Part shown: one piece after another, positions 12,745 through 25,399 of the stretch
Layout: the number at the start of each line of letters is the position of its first letter
Numbering within the stretch: the first letter of the stretch is position 1
NCBI RefSeq assembly: GCF_963921235.1
Contig: NC_086097.1
Span: forward strand, 36,830,001 to 36,894,000
Origin: Mobula hypostoma
Taxonomy: Eukaryota
Direction of reading: 5' to 3'
DNA length: 64,000 bases
Position numbers and translations under genes: made by a program
The notes under the pieces: generated by a model
The model's input: the letters and a program-made list of their open reading frames with translations, nothing else
The model's database searches: none
What the model was told of the DNA's origin: nothing

Positions 12745-13070
12745 GCAGTAAGACGCGGCCAGTAGAGGCAACGTCTCATAGCTCATGGGATCTAGGTTCA
12801 ATTCTGACCTCTGACCCTGTCTGTGCAGAGTGTGCACACTCTCCCTGTGACACAATGAGTTTCTCTGGGTGCTCCCGTTTTCGCCCTCATCCCAAAGATT
12901 TGTGGCCACTCTAAATTATCCCAAGTACATGAACAAGTGGTAGAATCTAAAGGGAATTCATGGGAATGTGGGGAAAACAAAATGGGATTAGTATTTTCGT
13001 AGGCTTGATGGTTGGTGCATACTTGATGGGCTGAAGGTCTTGTTTGTGTTCTGTACAAGTATGACTCCAT
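12745..13070 (+). mobile_element. HE1-like V-SINE (tRNA head, V domain, CR1-like tail)
   Basis: B-box ggttcaattc; V-domain-like gtgtgcacactctccctgtgac...tttctctgggtgctcccgttttcgccctcatcccaaaga; CR1-type tail gggctgaaggtcttgttt. Confidence 0.75.
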
Positions 13071-13689
13071 ATAAGATGAAACGATGCCGGGAATAGACTG
13101 CAACATAAACTGGAGAGATACCAAGCTTGATGTCATATTAATCCCTCCAATAGCTTGTGCTGATTAGTGTAAAAATGTGAAAATTAATCTTTAAAACACA
13201 TGTTTTTTTAAAATCAGAATCAGGTTTACTATCATTGACATATGACCTGAAATATGTTGTTTGGTGGCTGCAATACGGTGCAGATGGAGTCATGTTCTGG
13301 TGCACAAAAGATGATACTTATTTTTATTATAGTATGCAATATTTTCATCGTCCCCAGCCTAGAAATTGGAGTTCACTCATTTTCTGCATTAGACATGCTA
13401 AATCAATATAACCAGTTGTTTCATTTCCTGGTGACACTACACTCATTAATTTTGTTGACCATTTCAACGTGTCATGCACATTACAGCGGTTCCTGTGCCA
13501 AACCTGTGACTGATGACACCACTATTCACATAACATCTCCAGTGTCATGTTAGAGTATTCAGCCTCCAATGCTTTGTTCACATCAATGAGCTATACATCC
13601 AGGGATTTTGATCAATTTCACTGAGAATATTTATTTGTGAATAACATGCCCCATTTTTCAGAGAAGAGCCCCCCCAGGGGAAATCGTAA

Positions 13690-15103
13690 AGAATGAAAAA
13701 ATAAAAATTCAAAACTGAAATGTCAGCAGTTCAAGTGTATTCATCACCACTTTGCTCAGCACTTAGATGAGTCATCTTTTGCAGTTATTACAGCCAGTGG
13801 TTTTTTTGGATAAGTCTCCATTAGTTTTGCACAATGTGATGGAGCAAGATTTGCCCATTCCTCCTTGTAAAATTTCTCATACTGTGCCAGGTTAGTTGAG
13901 GAATGGCAGTGGATAGCAATCTTGAGGTCTTGCTGGAGATGTTCGGTCAGTGACTCTGACTGGGCCACTCAAGGACATCAATTTTCTTCATTTGAAGCCA
14001 TTCCATGGTTGCTTTGGCAGTGTGCTTTGGGTCATTGTCCTGCTGAAAGACAGACTTCCTCCCCAGTTTAAACTTTCTGGCAGAGGTTAGCAGGTTTTTA
14101 ATCCAGGATCTCTCTGTATTTAGCAGTATTCATCTTCCCATCAATCCTGACCAGATTTCTAGTCCCTGCTGCTGAAAAGCATTCCCATAGCATGATGCTA
14201 CTTCCACCATACTTTCCAGTAGCGACGGTGTTACCTGGCTGATGGACAGTATTAGATTTATGCCACAGGTACCGCTTAGTGTTAAGGCCAAAAAGTTCCA
14301 CTTCAGTCTCATCCGACCACAAGACCTTCTTCCACATCTTTTACATATGCTTCACAAAGGCTTTATTGGCAAGAATATGCTTTTTTTTAGCCAGGGCTTC
14401 TCCCTTACCACTCCTTCTTAAATACCATTTTTGTGCATTTTTAGAGATTGTGGAGCCATGAACTTCATCTCCAGTTGCAGCCACTGACTTCTGCTGCTGA
14501 CTCAGAGTGACTGCTGACATTTTAGTAGCCAATTTTACAAATGCCCTGACTTTTCCAATGGTCTGACCTTGGCAGTATGGCTGTGGTTTCATATTTTTTT
14601 CACTTTCTTATGCTCAGTGCCTTTGAGATGGTCTTGCACCCTTTTCCTCAGATTTGCGCTTCTCTATTAGCCTTTCCCGAACTTTCTTGAATGCTCGTTT
14701 GTCTTTATTGTGGTTTGGTCTGTGGAAAATCTACCACACTGTTAGACATTACAGAGAGAGGGTCCATTTACAGTATTCTTATGAATTCAATGTAGGTGAT
14801 CCTCTGATTATCTACATCAACAAATTGGGTGAGTTGATAAGGTAATATATTGCTATTGAAGAAAGTTAGCATACATGACAAAAACATTACAAAGCGGGTG
14901 GATACTTTTTTAGCTTCACAATCTTGTTTTATAATTTTTAGCAAATTGTTGACAGGTTTTGGATTTTTTCTTTTGATTTGACATGATGCCCAATTTTTTA
15001 TATATTACCTCAAAAGTCCTACTTCAATATATTTTAAGTTTAGAAAATGACACAGTAAAATGTGAAAATAATTGTGGGGGCTGAATATTTTTTCAAGGCA
15101 CTG
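13690..15103 (-). mobile_element. Decayed Tc1/mariner transposon with frameshifted transposase (about 14710-13756)
   Basis: [49 protein letters not shown] and EEWANL...LMETYPK motifs; right TIR reads cagtgccttgaaaaaatattcagcccc on the minus strand next to a TA (15104-15105); outer left TIR not found. Confidence 0.92.
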
Positions 15104-16351
15104 TATTTCCTACCATTAGTGAGTGGCATCTAGTAAAATAGAAGACTGCAGGATAGGGTCTTCATGGAAGAGGATCAGTGGAGCAAGGAGAACATGGTGA
15201 CACTTTCATGCTTTTATTGCTAATTGAAGACATATTCTGCAGATTGCGACATCTGTGAGAGGGACTGCAGAAATCACAGCAGGCTGAAATATACGCTGAT
15301 TATCTGCTGACAAGCTCACTCAATTGATGCCTCTGTGACGATTCCTCCGGCAACACTCCATGAACAACCTTTGTAGCCCAAGGTATGGCAGAATAAAAGA
15401 GATAAAGATTAGCTTTATTTGTCACATGTACATTGAAACATGCAATGAAATGCATTGCTTTCATCAAACCAAATCAGGAGGATAGTGCTGGGAAGCCCAC
15501 AACTGTCACTACCTTCCGGTGCCAACAGAGCGCGCCCACAACTCGCTAATCCTACCCCATACACCTTTGGAATGAGGCAGGGTCAGCAGCATAACCAGCA
15601 GCTGCTTCACCAGTGTCTCTTATCTCCGAGGAATGAAGCACTCAAGTTGCTCCAAATGAACATAGACTTAAATAATGATCATGCATCCAGAAACATTCGT
15701 AGCCACAAAAGAACTCGAATCATACTAAAATTGAAAATTATTACAATTTCACCTGAGTTTAAGCAGGCAAGGCACTTGGGTTTTAACAGCTTGATATGCG
15801 GGTTTTGTGGTCCCGGTGCCATCGGTAACATCTCAGAGGTCTGGTTAGAAATTGATCTGCTGGCTCTGAGCCACTTCACCTTCACATCCAGTGCTGACCC
15901 GCTCGACAGAAGCCGAATATGATCCTGGCTGACCCTGCATTATCTGAGCAAGGACCCTACCCACCACGAAGAGCGGTGTGTACGTAGTAGGAGATGGGGC
16001 AGGAAAGGATGAATGTCTCTGTTTCTGCGGAAGAGACATCAATTCCAAACCAACATGTCTCTGCTCTTCAAGGACTGCAATCTGCTCATATTCAGCATTT
16101 CTCTGCTCATGCGGGAGACTAAACTGCTGACATACACCATCACTTTGGAGATTCTACCAGTTTAGGAGGAGAAGAAATAGAGGGGGCCACCCATCTCCCA
16201 ATAGTCAGAGGAATTACTGAGCCCCCAAACCCAACCACATAAAGTCCATAAATGACCAACTATGCTTCAGAGCAATGAGATTACAGCAACTCTTTATCTG
16301 AGCAGCCTTGCAGGTAGTCTTTCTCCATCTACTGTCCTGTTGCCTAAATAA

Positions 16352-16873
16352 TGGTTGCCAAGGTTGTCATGGACAGGGGTGGTAATGGGGACATTCTCCC
16401 ACTACCTATTAAATGCCCGCAGTGGCCTGCACCTCAAAGAGCCTCTGACAACCAAGTCCAACTCCTGGCCTTCATGTATGACTTAGCTACTAAACCAGGT
16501 GGAACTGTTTATACTGACAGGAGAAAGGGCAAAGGCAGGTTACTCAGCTCATCTCGGAGAAGGAAAACTCTGATCTCAAACTGCCACTGCCTTGGGGCTA
16601 CACCCACTCATGGGGAAGGCTTCAGGAGTAAACCCCGAGGGAAAAATCCAGAGCTGAAGTCCCTATGTTGAGTTCAACACTGATGGGCAACTCTTGCAAC
16701 GCTGCTGGTGCCAAACTGTATCAGTCTCTGACGTTCCTTTGGGTTCATCAGATGTGTGGAGAGGGGGAGCTTGCTATATGGTCAACAGCTTGTTCTCCAT
16801 ACTGCCCAGGCTTGCTTATCTAGACAACCAGGATGCAACATCCATGGTTGACCATGACCAATGGAGGCCAACC
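16352..16873 (+). mobile_element. Non-autonomous retroposon, probably RTE-derived (family B)
   Basis: 12-bp TSD ttgcctaaataa (16340-16351/16874-16885); ggagaaggaaaactctgat resembles RTE 5' UTRs; no ORF. Confidence 0.65.
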
Positions 16874-16964
16874 TTGCCTAAATAAAAATGCAGAAGACAT
16901 CAAGTGGCCTTTTCTGTGTAGCAATGAGAAAAAGACACTAGCTCTTAAAATTCTCTGGAAGCTT

Positions 16965-17665
16965 GACATGTGTTTGTGTCTGTATATTCATGAACATCTG
17001 CATGTGTGTATGAGTGTCTGTGTGTCTGCAAGTGTGTAGGAATGTTTGTGTGATTGTGTACATTCAGTGCAGAGAGCTGGTCTCCCAATCTCATTCATTG
17101 CAGGAGTGATATCTCTCTTTCTCTCACGAGTGAGGGAGAGCCTGTCTGAGATGTCAGTGTAGGGATAGACTGTAGTTTTTTGATGGACCCTAGATCATGG
17201 TCTCGTTAGGGACTTTGCTATTGCTTGCATGGTGGGGTGATGGTGGAGTGTTGACACTTTTGCTGCTTGCTTGTGCATCCGACAGGGAGGGGGTCTTTGG
17301 GGTTCTAATGTTTCTGACATTCATTCTTTGTTTTTTTCCCTGTTTCATGGATGTCTGCAAAGAGTAAGAATTTCAGGCTGTATACTGCACACATTCTCTG
17401 ATATTAAATTGAACCACTTGAATATCTGCATGTTTGCCAGAGTGTGTGTGTGTGTGTCTCTGTGAAAATTGGCATGCATGTCTCAGCACCTCAGAATATA
17501 TGCACGCATGTGTGAACATCTGTACATGTGTAAAAGCCAGTGAAAATTTGCATTTGTGCGACTGTGTGTGCACATGTGTATCTGTGTGCATGTATGAATA
17601 TCTGCATTTATGTGTAGAGCACATGTTTGTGTGTGTGTGTATATATATACCTGCATGTGTGTGAG
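16965..17665. repeat. Degenerate (TG/CA)n low-complexity region enclosing a short Rex-tail repeat (about 17065-17420)
   Basis: Runs of gtgtgt/gcatgt; the inner segment ends attaaattgaaccacttgaa. Confidence 0.75.
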
Positions 17666-18699
17666 GGAGGGAGCAAGTGACTAAGAGAAAGAGCACAAGA
17701 GAGCTTGATGGAAACAGGGAGTGTCTAGCTATCATGGGGGGGGGTGGCGGTGGAGGGAGGGGTTGCATCTTTAAGTGCTAATGCTTTGTCTCATTCTATA
17801 CAGAAAAGTGTCTGCTACTGCCCGAGCCTGGTCCCACTGGGAATCCCGCAGGTCCTGTTTTACCACAAGCTTCTGGGTGTCATGTTGCGGTTACTGATTC
17901 AGGTGCCGGCTGCTGTGTAGAAGGGATGATAACATTCCGGCCACAAGTGAGCAGAAAACCAAACTCTACATAATGAGCAGTGAGTGCCAGAAACAAGGTC
18001 ATCAGCGGAGTGCAGACACGGTCTCTCAGACGGGATGAATCTGCCAGCAAAATCTGGACACACAAAGCTGGAAATATTGATGTGATTTATCGTAGCCGGT
18101 GCCACAGATTAAAATAAGTGCCTTTTTGCCTGATCCTTGCTTCAAAGAAGAACTCCGAGGGCTCATAAAACTGCAGAGTACAAATAGGTGCCTCTGTGTT
18201 CCAGTTATAACTCCATGCCCCACAAGTATTGAGACATATAATCAGTAAAACATCAGCTTCAAAGCTCCGTGCAGATCAGTGTCAACCCTGACCTCTGACT
18301 CTGCTCTCCTTGGGGTGTCCAGACTCCCAGCCAGGTGTTTTAAATAAGAGCATTTTATTTGCAGAGATGCAATCAGGAGCTTTGCAATCTATGTTCAGGA
18401 AAGCAATATTTAATTAGGAATATTTTGTCTTTCTTTCTCATGTCTTCATATATTTCCTTCTGTCTTACCTCTAGCTTTCTGCTTCCTGGATCAAGCATGG
18501 TGGCATCAATCTGTTGCAAAGGTCAAGACCTACAGTAACACAAGCATTAGAAGCAAAGACCTAGAAGACATGGCAACATACCAGACCCAGGGAATTGTTC
18601 TTTGCAGTGCATGCATTTGATTCTTCTTGTAATTTATACGGAATAACTTTAAGGTTAACTATTAGCAAATTACTTTAGGATGTGTTTACTGGATTTCGT

Positions 18700-18942
18700 A
18701 GCTCACTTTCAAGGACTCTGTGACTCGTGTTCTCAGTGTTATTTATTTACACATTTATTATTATTGTTTTGGTATTTGCACAGTTTGTCCTTTGCACATT
18801 AGTTGCTTTTCAGTCTGTGTTTGTGTGTAATTTTTCACTGATGCTGTTTCATTTCTTTGTTCTACTGTGAATGCCTGCAAGAAAATGAATCTCAGGGATT
18901 CATATATGTACTTTGATAATAAATTTACTTTGAACTTTGAAT
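18700..18942 (+). mobile_element. Rex1-type 3' UTR
   Basis: ctcactttcaaggactc...gaaaatgaatctcaggg...aataaatttactttgaactttga, reverse match to 486-620. Confidence 0.8.
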
Positions 18943-20340
18943 TAAAAGCAGCAAGATGAAGTAATTTCAATAACTTGCACCCCACAACAGACCTTGTTAA
19001 AGAAATTACTTTATAATTAAGCTCCCAAACAGCCTCAGATTAATCCAGTATTTAAATTAAGATGCAAGAAATCTTCATTAGGAATTGTTACAATCAATAA
19101 CTTCTGTTTTACTGTCCTCATAAGGCAAACATAAGTGAAGTCACTTAAACAGCACCAAAACCCTGTGTAAGTTAGCAGAAGCCATGCATTAACATAGTAC
19201 GGCTAGGGGAAACATTCAGCAAGATGTCACACGGCAAATACAGCTCACGGTGGCTTTGAAGAAACAACAACAGCATGGCTTCTGAGGGCAGAACTGATAG
19301 GGGCAAGCAAAATATTTCAAAAAAAAATCCTGTGCAACCTTCCCCACCCCTATATCAAAATGACCTCACTTCCAAGCAAATAAAAGTCATCTCCTAGTCT
19401 CCCAAAAACTGTGGGCATGTACACAGTCTATATCCTGTAGAGGGCGCTCTAGGTCCAAACATAACAATAGTAACTGATGCAGAAGCAATTGCACTTCAAT
19501 AAAGGCACAGCTCACATTTCAATGAAATAACTATTAGAATCTGCATTTGAGCTTTGCTGGGGAATATCTTAGGGAATTAACTTACTATTATTCAGTCAGG
19601 CAGACATCAATTACCTCCTGTAAGTAGTTCATTAAATAGTGCTTTAAAGGTGCTGAGCGTCTGAGCAATTGGCTTCTGTATGAGAAGGTATTTCTAGATA
19701 TATCTCAGTAGGCCGGTCGATTTGATTCATCTCTCTCTGCATGTTTAGGCGAAGGGCCTCTTGCTTTCCCCTGGAAGAACACCAAACTTGACAGTTGCAC
19801 TTCAGGCCCCCCCCCCCCCCGTTGTGTCGGATCTGGTGGGATGGGACAGGTAGCTACTTGTCTGTGGTTAAGGCAATGCAAAAGTCAGTTCAAAGGCCTG
19901 TCAGATCTTTAAAGAAGCCTACTTCAAAGAACTTGCTAGAATTCAGGCTGCACAGAGTTAGATTTGCCTTATTCAGTAACCATGGTTACAAAGCAAAAAC
20001 TTGGCTTTTCAATTCTAACAACTTTTTACAATACCAAAATCACCAGTATGAAAGTATGATCAAAGCAGATACAAAAACAATAAAATAACCTGCTTGAAGA
20101 AACTGGTGAAATAGATACAAGACTTCGCACACAGGGAGAGTCTCCCACTTGTCCTCCGCAGATGCGGTGGGATGCAGCCGAGACTCCACACATAGGTAAA
20201 TAAAAAATCACCACAGGAAAATCTGCGGAAATTCACTCATTAGTCTCAGTAAATTTTGAAGATGCATTTAAACATTCTGTATTATCTATATTTTTCAATT
20301 TTCAGATTTGCCTTTTTTTTCCTTACAGTATCCCCAATGT

Positions 20341-20854
20341 AGGAGTATGGAGTGTCCAGGGAGGGGTAGCACCTCTTGAAGAGGCTTGTTATTGTCCATT
20401 CTGGGGCAGCTCACTCACCTATGGTCCACACCAGACACTTTGCTCTCACCTGCAGCGCCAAGTAATTGTTGGCATGCGACAGTAACCGCACCCCAGTACA
20501 CTGCTTCGGGCTAAACCAACCAAGGGTAGCGGTGGACCTCGTATCCCGGAGAGGTAGCGACATGTCACGTGAAGTCAGCTCTGGTGGACTGGGTGGATGA
20601 GGTCAGCAGCGAGATCTAAAGGCCAGGAAGACGGTTCTGCAATGCTTTGTAGAGAGCAAAGGGCATGATAAGGTTCAGAAGAAGTCATGGTCATCCACTG
20701 CAACCAAGGAAGACCCCAGCTTGTGACAACTACTCGTACACTGGACCTGGACTTCGAGGTTGGAAGAGTGGAACTGCCCAGTGCAACAGCCTTTCCATGT
20801 TAAAAACTCCCCAGCACGGAGACCTGTCACTGTTGGACATGACAGACAAACGAC
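20341..20854 (+). mobile_element. RTE-derived non-autonomous retroposon (family A-related, older)
   Basis: 11-bp TSD atccc(c/a)aatgt (20330-20340/20855-20865); aligns along its length with 3423-3993. Confidence 0.75.
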
Positions 20855-21668
20855 ATCCCAAATGTTAATTTTAAAACAAAAATTATATTTTAACTTAGCC
20901 TTTTTTTCAGATAAGGAATGGTGGGGAGTATAGCGTAAGATTTGAGCTCAACTTTGTAATGTAGAAATAGAAACTGCTCACAGTCTCGTTTTCTACATCT
21001 CACAGTCCATTCACCCAGCTAGATGTCTGAGATACTGGTGATTTCATTCACACAAATTTATCAAATTGAAGTTGAATTTAGCCTACTTTTAGCAGGAAAA
21101 TCAACTTCAAAGCCAAAGTCAAAGTCACGACATGAATAACATGTGTTAATTTCAACTTGCGCCCACACATTGACAGATGTTCTATAAGCTGCATCACATA
21201 GTGTGCAGAAGCTGCTTTGTCACTTGGCTTCTTTCTGTTTCTCTCCTTGAGGTGTCTCTTCTCAATTGCCGGTGGAATTGGGAGCCACACTAGGAGTCAG
21301 GTATTCAAGTGTCCATGCTTGACGACTAAAGCCGCTGTGTTCATGTTCACGTACACCACCCAATGAGGCTTGCTTGCAAATATTACAGCACAAAACATGT
21401 ACAAAAGGGTTTGAAAATAGGCTAAAAATGAAAATACTCACTGTGGTAAAATATAAAGCCATAGAATTGTACAGCAAAGAAAGTAGGCCCTTTGGCTCCT
21501 ATGCTAATCCCATTGGACTACATCAACTATCTATTCACTTCTTTTCTATCCAAGAACCGCTCCAAATGCCTTTTAAACATTGTCATTATACCTGTCTCTC
21601 CCAACTCCTCTGACGGCTTGTTACACCTCTCTGTGAAATAAAAAGAACATCAAGAAATAACTCTGGTT

Positions 21669-21720
21669 CAGGGGTTCTCTACCTGAGGTCCATGGCATAA
21701 TAGAAGGTTGGGAACCCCTG
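21669..21720. mobile_element. 52-bp hAT-type MITE
   Basis: TIRs caggggtt/aacccctg; 8-bp TSD ctctggtt/ctccagtt; relative at 62668-62737. Confidence 0.7.
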
Positions 21721-24537
21721 CTCCAGTTCATCAAGGGAATAATTGGTTCCTACCCTAGCAATGAGAAGTTTTACACAAGCAAAGAAATGATTATATTTAA
21801 ACATATTTACAGAGTCATGAAATAATTAGCTGGCCCTTTAAGAATTATCGAGCTCATTATAGTAAGGCCAATTGCATTAATTTTTTACATAAAGACAGAT
21901 ACAAACTTGGAACAGTAGATGGCGAAAACATTACATTTTCCAACATCATTGTAGTAAGAGCTCCAGAGGAGTGTCCAGACTATAGGAAAGTGAGTTTTTA
22001 CAAAACAACATATTTTCTCTCCAAAAACGCTGCAACATTTGGAGAAAATAACTAGACCCCAGAAAATTAACTTTTATTATATTCTTGTTAACTCTAATCT
22101 CACGCTATGGTGAATGTGCCAGGGGCAGTCATTGCCATCTTAAAGATAATAACCAAAATGACAAGACCTCAATTAGGGACAATAAGACATGAGGTCAGTA
22201 AATCCAGGGACTGATCCTTTCCAAATTCATTTGCAGACCTCACACTAGCATAGGGCAAGCCAATATTCTAGTCCAAGGGCTGAAAGCAAGTATTACAGCT
22301 GCAATGCCTTTGTGTATTAAAGTATTCCTAATTTGGAAATTTAAAAAAAATCTGCTTAAAGGAAATCTATATATAAAGGGAATCTTCCTTATGCAGTTTT
22401 GAAATTATCTAATTTTTGAGGTCGAGGTAGACATTAGAAACGTTATGTATTCATGGAAATGACCTTTTCCCTTTGGATTTGTGATTGCCAGCAACCCTGG
22501 GGCGAAGAAGCAAGGTCAATGACAAGAGTGCACATACCACATGTTCCAAAAGTTAACCTCGCCTACAAAACCGTGAATATTTTTCCAGTGGATAGTGGTA
22601 GGCAGAAACTATTCTAATAGGTATGGTTTTTTTCTTGAAGTCCAGACTAGTATGCCAAAAAAATATGGTATTGGACAAAACAAGGGCCTTTTGTGCAGTG
22701 CTCAACAAATCTGCAAAAAGGTTAATAATTGAAGACAGACAAGAATTAGTTGAATAGGAAGCATTAGCCAACAAAAACAGAACTTGTTTCCATGCTAAAT
22801 GCAAAAAAAAATGTTCAACTAATTTGCTTTCATACTAAATGTTTGAACTCTGACTACTAAAAACAGAATTTCTAACTTTTACTAAGGAAAAACAGTCTTC
22901 ATCTAGTTTGCCCAGTCAAACTTCCATTAGCTGACTTACTTGCCAGGAAGCTTTAATGGCTTCACCAGGGTCAGAGCATGTTTCTCCTTGGGGAAGGTGG
23001 GGAGGAAGGAGCCAATCTACATCCTAAACATGGAATACATCAAAAGTTATTACTTTACAAGCCTTTCTTCTGCAAGTACAGTCTCAGCTTAAAATGCTGT
23101 CATTACTGTCTGCCAGAAGTAGCAAATCGGGGTGTGGAAATGAAACCAGGAGGTGATAATTTCATGTACTTTCTCCCACCAAATCAGTCGTAGAAAAATT
23201 ACAATTCTTCGCCTCTGCCATACTTAAACAAACTTGCTTTTCAGTTCTACATAAGGATTGTTTGTGCAAGTAATTAAAATAGCACCTGATAAGAGGAATT
23301 ATGGAAAATCCTTCTTCCTAGTTTACTTTAATGCTTCATATTTCTGCCATAAAACAGTTCCCATCTAAGGACAAGTATCTCACAGTCCAAGCAAGATCTA
23401 GCAATTCACATGAACTGCTGACCGATGAACACTTACACTTCCTCGGAATTCTTCCTCTCTGTTGGCATTACTTATTTAATTTAATTTTTATATATACCTC
23501 TTGTTGTAATTTATATTTTTTATTATTATGTATTGCAATGTACTACTGCCACAAAACAACAAATTTCACGACATTTGCCAGTGATACTAAACCTGATTCT
23601 GATTTATCTCCGTACTGAACACATTTGCAAAAACAAGCACAGCGAGGGAAAAGGGCAAAAAAAAAATCAGCAGGCTAACATCGAAGTGAAGATAATGAAA
23701 ATACGAGATATAAACAAATTTTACTTTTTTTTCCATTACCGAATCAACATTGGTTAGTCATCAACAAGTTGGACTTAAGAAATCAGAAAATCTTTTCTTG
23801 TTCAGTCTCCTCCAGAAAGAGAATAGTGTATCACTGTGATCTGCTCAGACACCAACTTTTAAAATGCTGGCCTGCTTTTCACTTGGATGCTGATTGGATT
23901 CTCATATATTTCCAGTAATATCTTTATTTTAAATTCACACCATTTGGCTCTTCATCTGTAGTACTGAAAAGCAAGGCTTATATCTAAGAAAAATTCTAGT
24001 GATCATTGACTTAATCTAAACATCAGATGTAGCTATCTATCAATCCACTTTCATACTCTCATTTATAGGTCACTTCACGCCGTCACTGACAATGAGTTAC
24101 TGAACAATAACCAAGCCTTCCACATTACAAGCACAAATTTTGGCACTATATATTACAACCAAATCCCAGCATTGACTCGCTGCTGCTTTAAAAGATACAA
24201 CTAATTATTCAACACATTTGAAGACTTGATGATGCAAGTAGCAGAGGGAAATATTGTATTAGGTGAAAGTTTCCTTCATGGCTTCATTGCATTTTAACGA
24301 TAGATTTATCAATGATTTCTACGAGGAAGATAATTTTATTAAAATATGATGCAAAACAACTCATGAAACTAAGTATTCTTTTCCTATTGGCAATAAAAAC
24401 AAAAGTTTTAGAGGTGGTTGGGGTGGAAGGGAGGGTGTGATCGCACTACAGAAATGTCCAGATCTAACATGTTACAGTACTTGGAATCATTAGACTCAGA
24501 AGCTACTCCAACATTTGATTCATTTCTCTTTGTTACA

Positions 24538-24650
24538 TAGCTACATTACAACAGTGAAAGCACTTCAAAAAGTAACTCTTTGGCTGTAATGTGCACTGGG
24601 ACGCCCCGAGGTTGGAAGAGTACTGTAAAATTGCAGAAATTTCTTCTGCC
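24538..24650 (+). mobile_element. DeuSINE (AmnSINE/SacSINE-like) 3' remnant
   Basis: ctacattacaacagtgaaagcacttcaaaaagtaactctttggctgtaa...tgggacgccccgagg resembles the recalled DeuSINE 3' end. Confidence 0.55.
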
Positions 24651-25399
24651 TTGCTAGCAGTTCGTGATTTTAAGATCAATTTTTTAAAAAATCAAATTTA
24701 GGTAAATCTTAAACAAGTCATGGTTGAGATCTATGGGTCATAGACCAGCCTCAGTGTTGTCTCTGACCAAGATTTAAAACCAACTGACCAATATCTGCTG
24801 TGAAAGTTGTGGCAACATGATCCTGATGTGAGCTTCATTAAGCACATTCCACGAGAACTTTTTAGCACTCAGTCTGTAACTATGCTCCCTGCTAATGAAG
24901 GCCTGTACGCTGTTCAAAGGATCTCTTCATTTTGGACTCTAACTGTTGACAAATGGTCACCCATCCTAAAGTGCAACTATGATTATTTTTCACAAAAAGG
25001 TTGCTTTGATCAAGTTCTTTGTGGGTAAGTATTATTTTGGGAAGTAATAATATATTGTTATCAACATTTTGCACAGAGCATCTACCTTTCCAAAGACCAT
25101 TTGTGCTGGGTTTTAGTGCTCTATCAAAAAAAAGACTAAAAACAGAATTCACTGGGACATTAATTCAATAAATATTTCATTTATTAAGGAAATATTAGAA
25201 AGAAACAATGCAGCTTTAATTGTAAAGAAGGAACAGATGCCTCTTCTAACCTTTAACCTTCAAGTGTTATGACTTATTGAATTTAGAATCAATATGAGAA
25301 CAGGGTCACTAAGTTGGTATTAGGGATTTCAGAAGTCTGCAATTGTGCCTCGATTGGGGAGACGATGACGTGACTGCTAAGAAAATGTCTGCCATGATT

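Noticed and set aside
12745..12810. Possible tRNA gene (B-box present)
   Set aside because: SINE head with no cloverleaf; continues into a V domain
15455..16048. Cluster of ORFs in semi-unique DNA
   Set aside because: Starts within a repeat; no recognisable domain or convincing splice pair
17373..17768. His/Thr- and Cys/Val-rich ORFs
   Set aside because: Translations of degenerate (CA/TG)n repeats
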